Source: Bigelowiella natans CCMP2755
Taxonomy: Eukaryota > Protista > Cercozoa
Direction: 5' to 3'
Assembly (NCBI GenBank): GCA_000320545.1
Contig: ADNK01001573.1
Coordinates: forward strand, 1 to 64,000
Length of the DNA stretch: 64,000 bases
How positions within the stretch are numbered: position 1 is the first letter of the stretch; each line of letters begins with the position of its first letter. The translations under genes were made by a program, and so were the position numbers. The notes beneath the pieces were generated by a model, which was not told where the DNA came from, did no database searches, and worked only from the letters and a program-made list of their open reading frames with translations. Below are positions 63,070-64,000 of this stretch, piece by piece.

Positions 63070-64000
63070 TTAGCCGTGAAAGAGACTCGTTCATACACGA
63101 TTTTGAACCATTAAAATGAGCATTGTGGGCAAGGAGCAAAGCAGTCCGAATGCGTGTAATATTGAAACGTCTTCCCTTTTTTGCCTCATAATTCGTCAGG
63201 CAACTTGAATTCCTAGAGGCTCCAAAGAGGAAAAAGAGAAGAAAATTCATCTCTGAAATAAAGAAAGCAGCATAGTGATAACTTATTTGTGCAATAACGT
63301 TACAGCACAAGCTAGACAAGCTATATTTATAATATTGAATCCAAGAGATCAGAACAGGGTGACAGCCGCATAAGTTCTACTGCTTGCTGTTTCTGACTTT
63401 ATTTCTATGATACCTGCTAGAATATAGAACGCTACGTACGAAGTCCTGTGTGTAGGGGTGTATCGGTGCTGCTGCTGCTATATCGGCTATGCACACGTGC
63501 TTGTCTATCGTTTAACACCACGGGTAGCGACCGTTCTGCTTCGCATCGGTGTGCTGCTGGCACTTACTAGCTTACATTGTATTATGCCTTGATTGTTAAC
63601 TATAACTTCAAGTCTAGCTACAGCGGCGGTTGAATACATGCGTGTAGCATGCATGTACAACGCGAACAACGCATCCACTACTTTGAATGCACGGTTAGCT
63701 TGTAGCTAGAGTTGAAGGGCCACAACAGTGTGTCGCAATGATGTAATGGCTGATTTCAAAATCATAGCGCAGCGTATAAGTATTTTACTAATGACTTCTA
63801 CTGCATGGATTATGAGCGTCATTATTCTTGGTGCTGGTTCGTCAGCCCTGTCCAACTTTCTAGATGTGCTACATCTCCCATACTTACCACAGACATGTTC
63901 ATTTCCTGCTGTCGAATGATGCGATGCGATGATTGTGGAACAACATGCAACTCATTATGCTTCCAAACACCCATAGTTCACATTAAAAATACTATTAAAA

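Noticed and set aside
63728-63919. 63-aa ORF at the right edge
   Set aside because: No recognisable motif. It may be antisense to the 3' end of a gene outside the window.

Overview
Nuclear DNA of a photosynthetic protist with a secondary plastid. A chlorarachniophyte-like origin is inferred from a bipartite plastid leader and is not proven. Genes are split into many short exons by microsatellite-filled introns, so most entries in the ORF track are repeat artefacts. Manual splicing recovers about 11 genes: CRAL-TRIO plus ankyrin (-), a secreted/organellar unknown (+), a broken ARF-like GTPase (-), a PX/DEP-like + C2 + transmembrane MCTP-like protein (+), a basic leader-bearing protein (+), a YeeE/YedE sulphur transporter (-), an intronless tandem SH3-like protein (+), P5CS (-), a PsbQ-like lumen protein (+), a small 2-TM protein (-) and DGAT2 (+). 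There is also a solitary 5S rRNA gene. The most striking signal is non-coding. Two sharply bounded blocks (1-903 and 32425-33900) are almost devoid of TpA, and in the second every surviving TpA lies in CTAG. Recognisable repeats inside these blocks (TTAGGG-type repeats and a (GTTA)n-tailed element) show TA->CA/TG changes, which suggests a locus-targeted TpA hypermutation system, the mirror image of fungal RIP. Exon boundaries were read by eye and are approximate.
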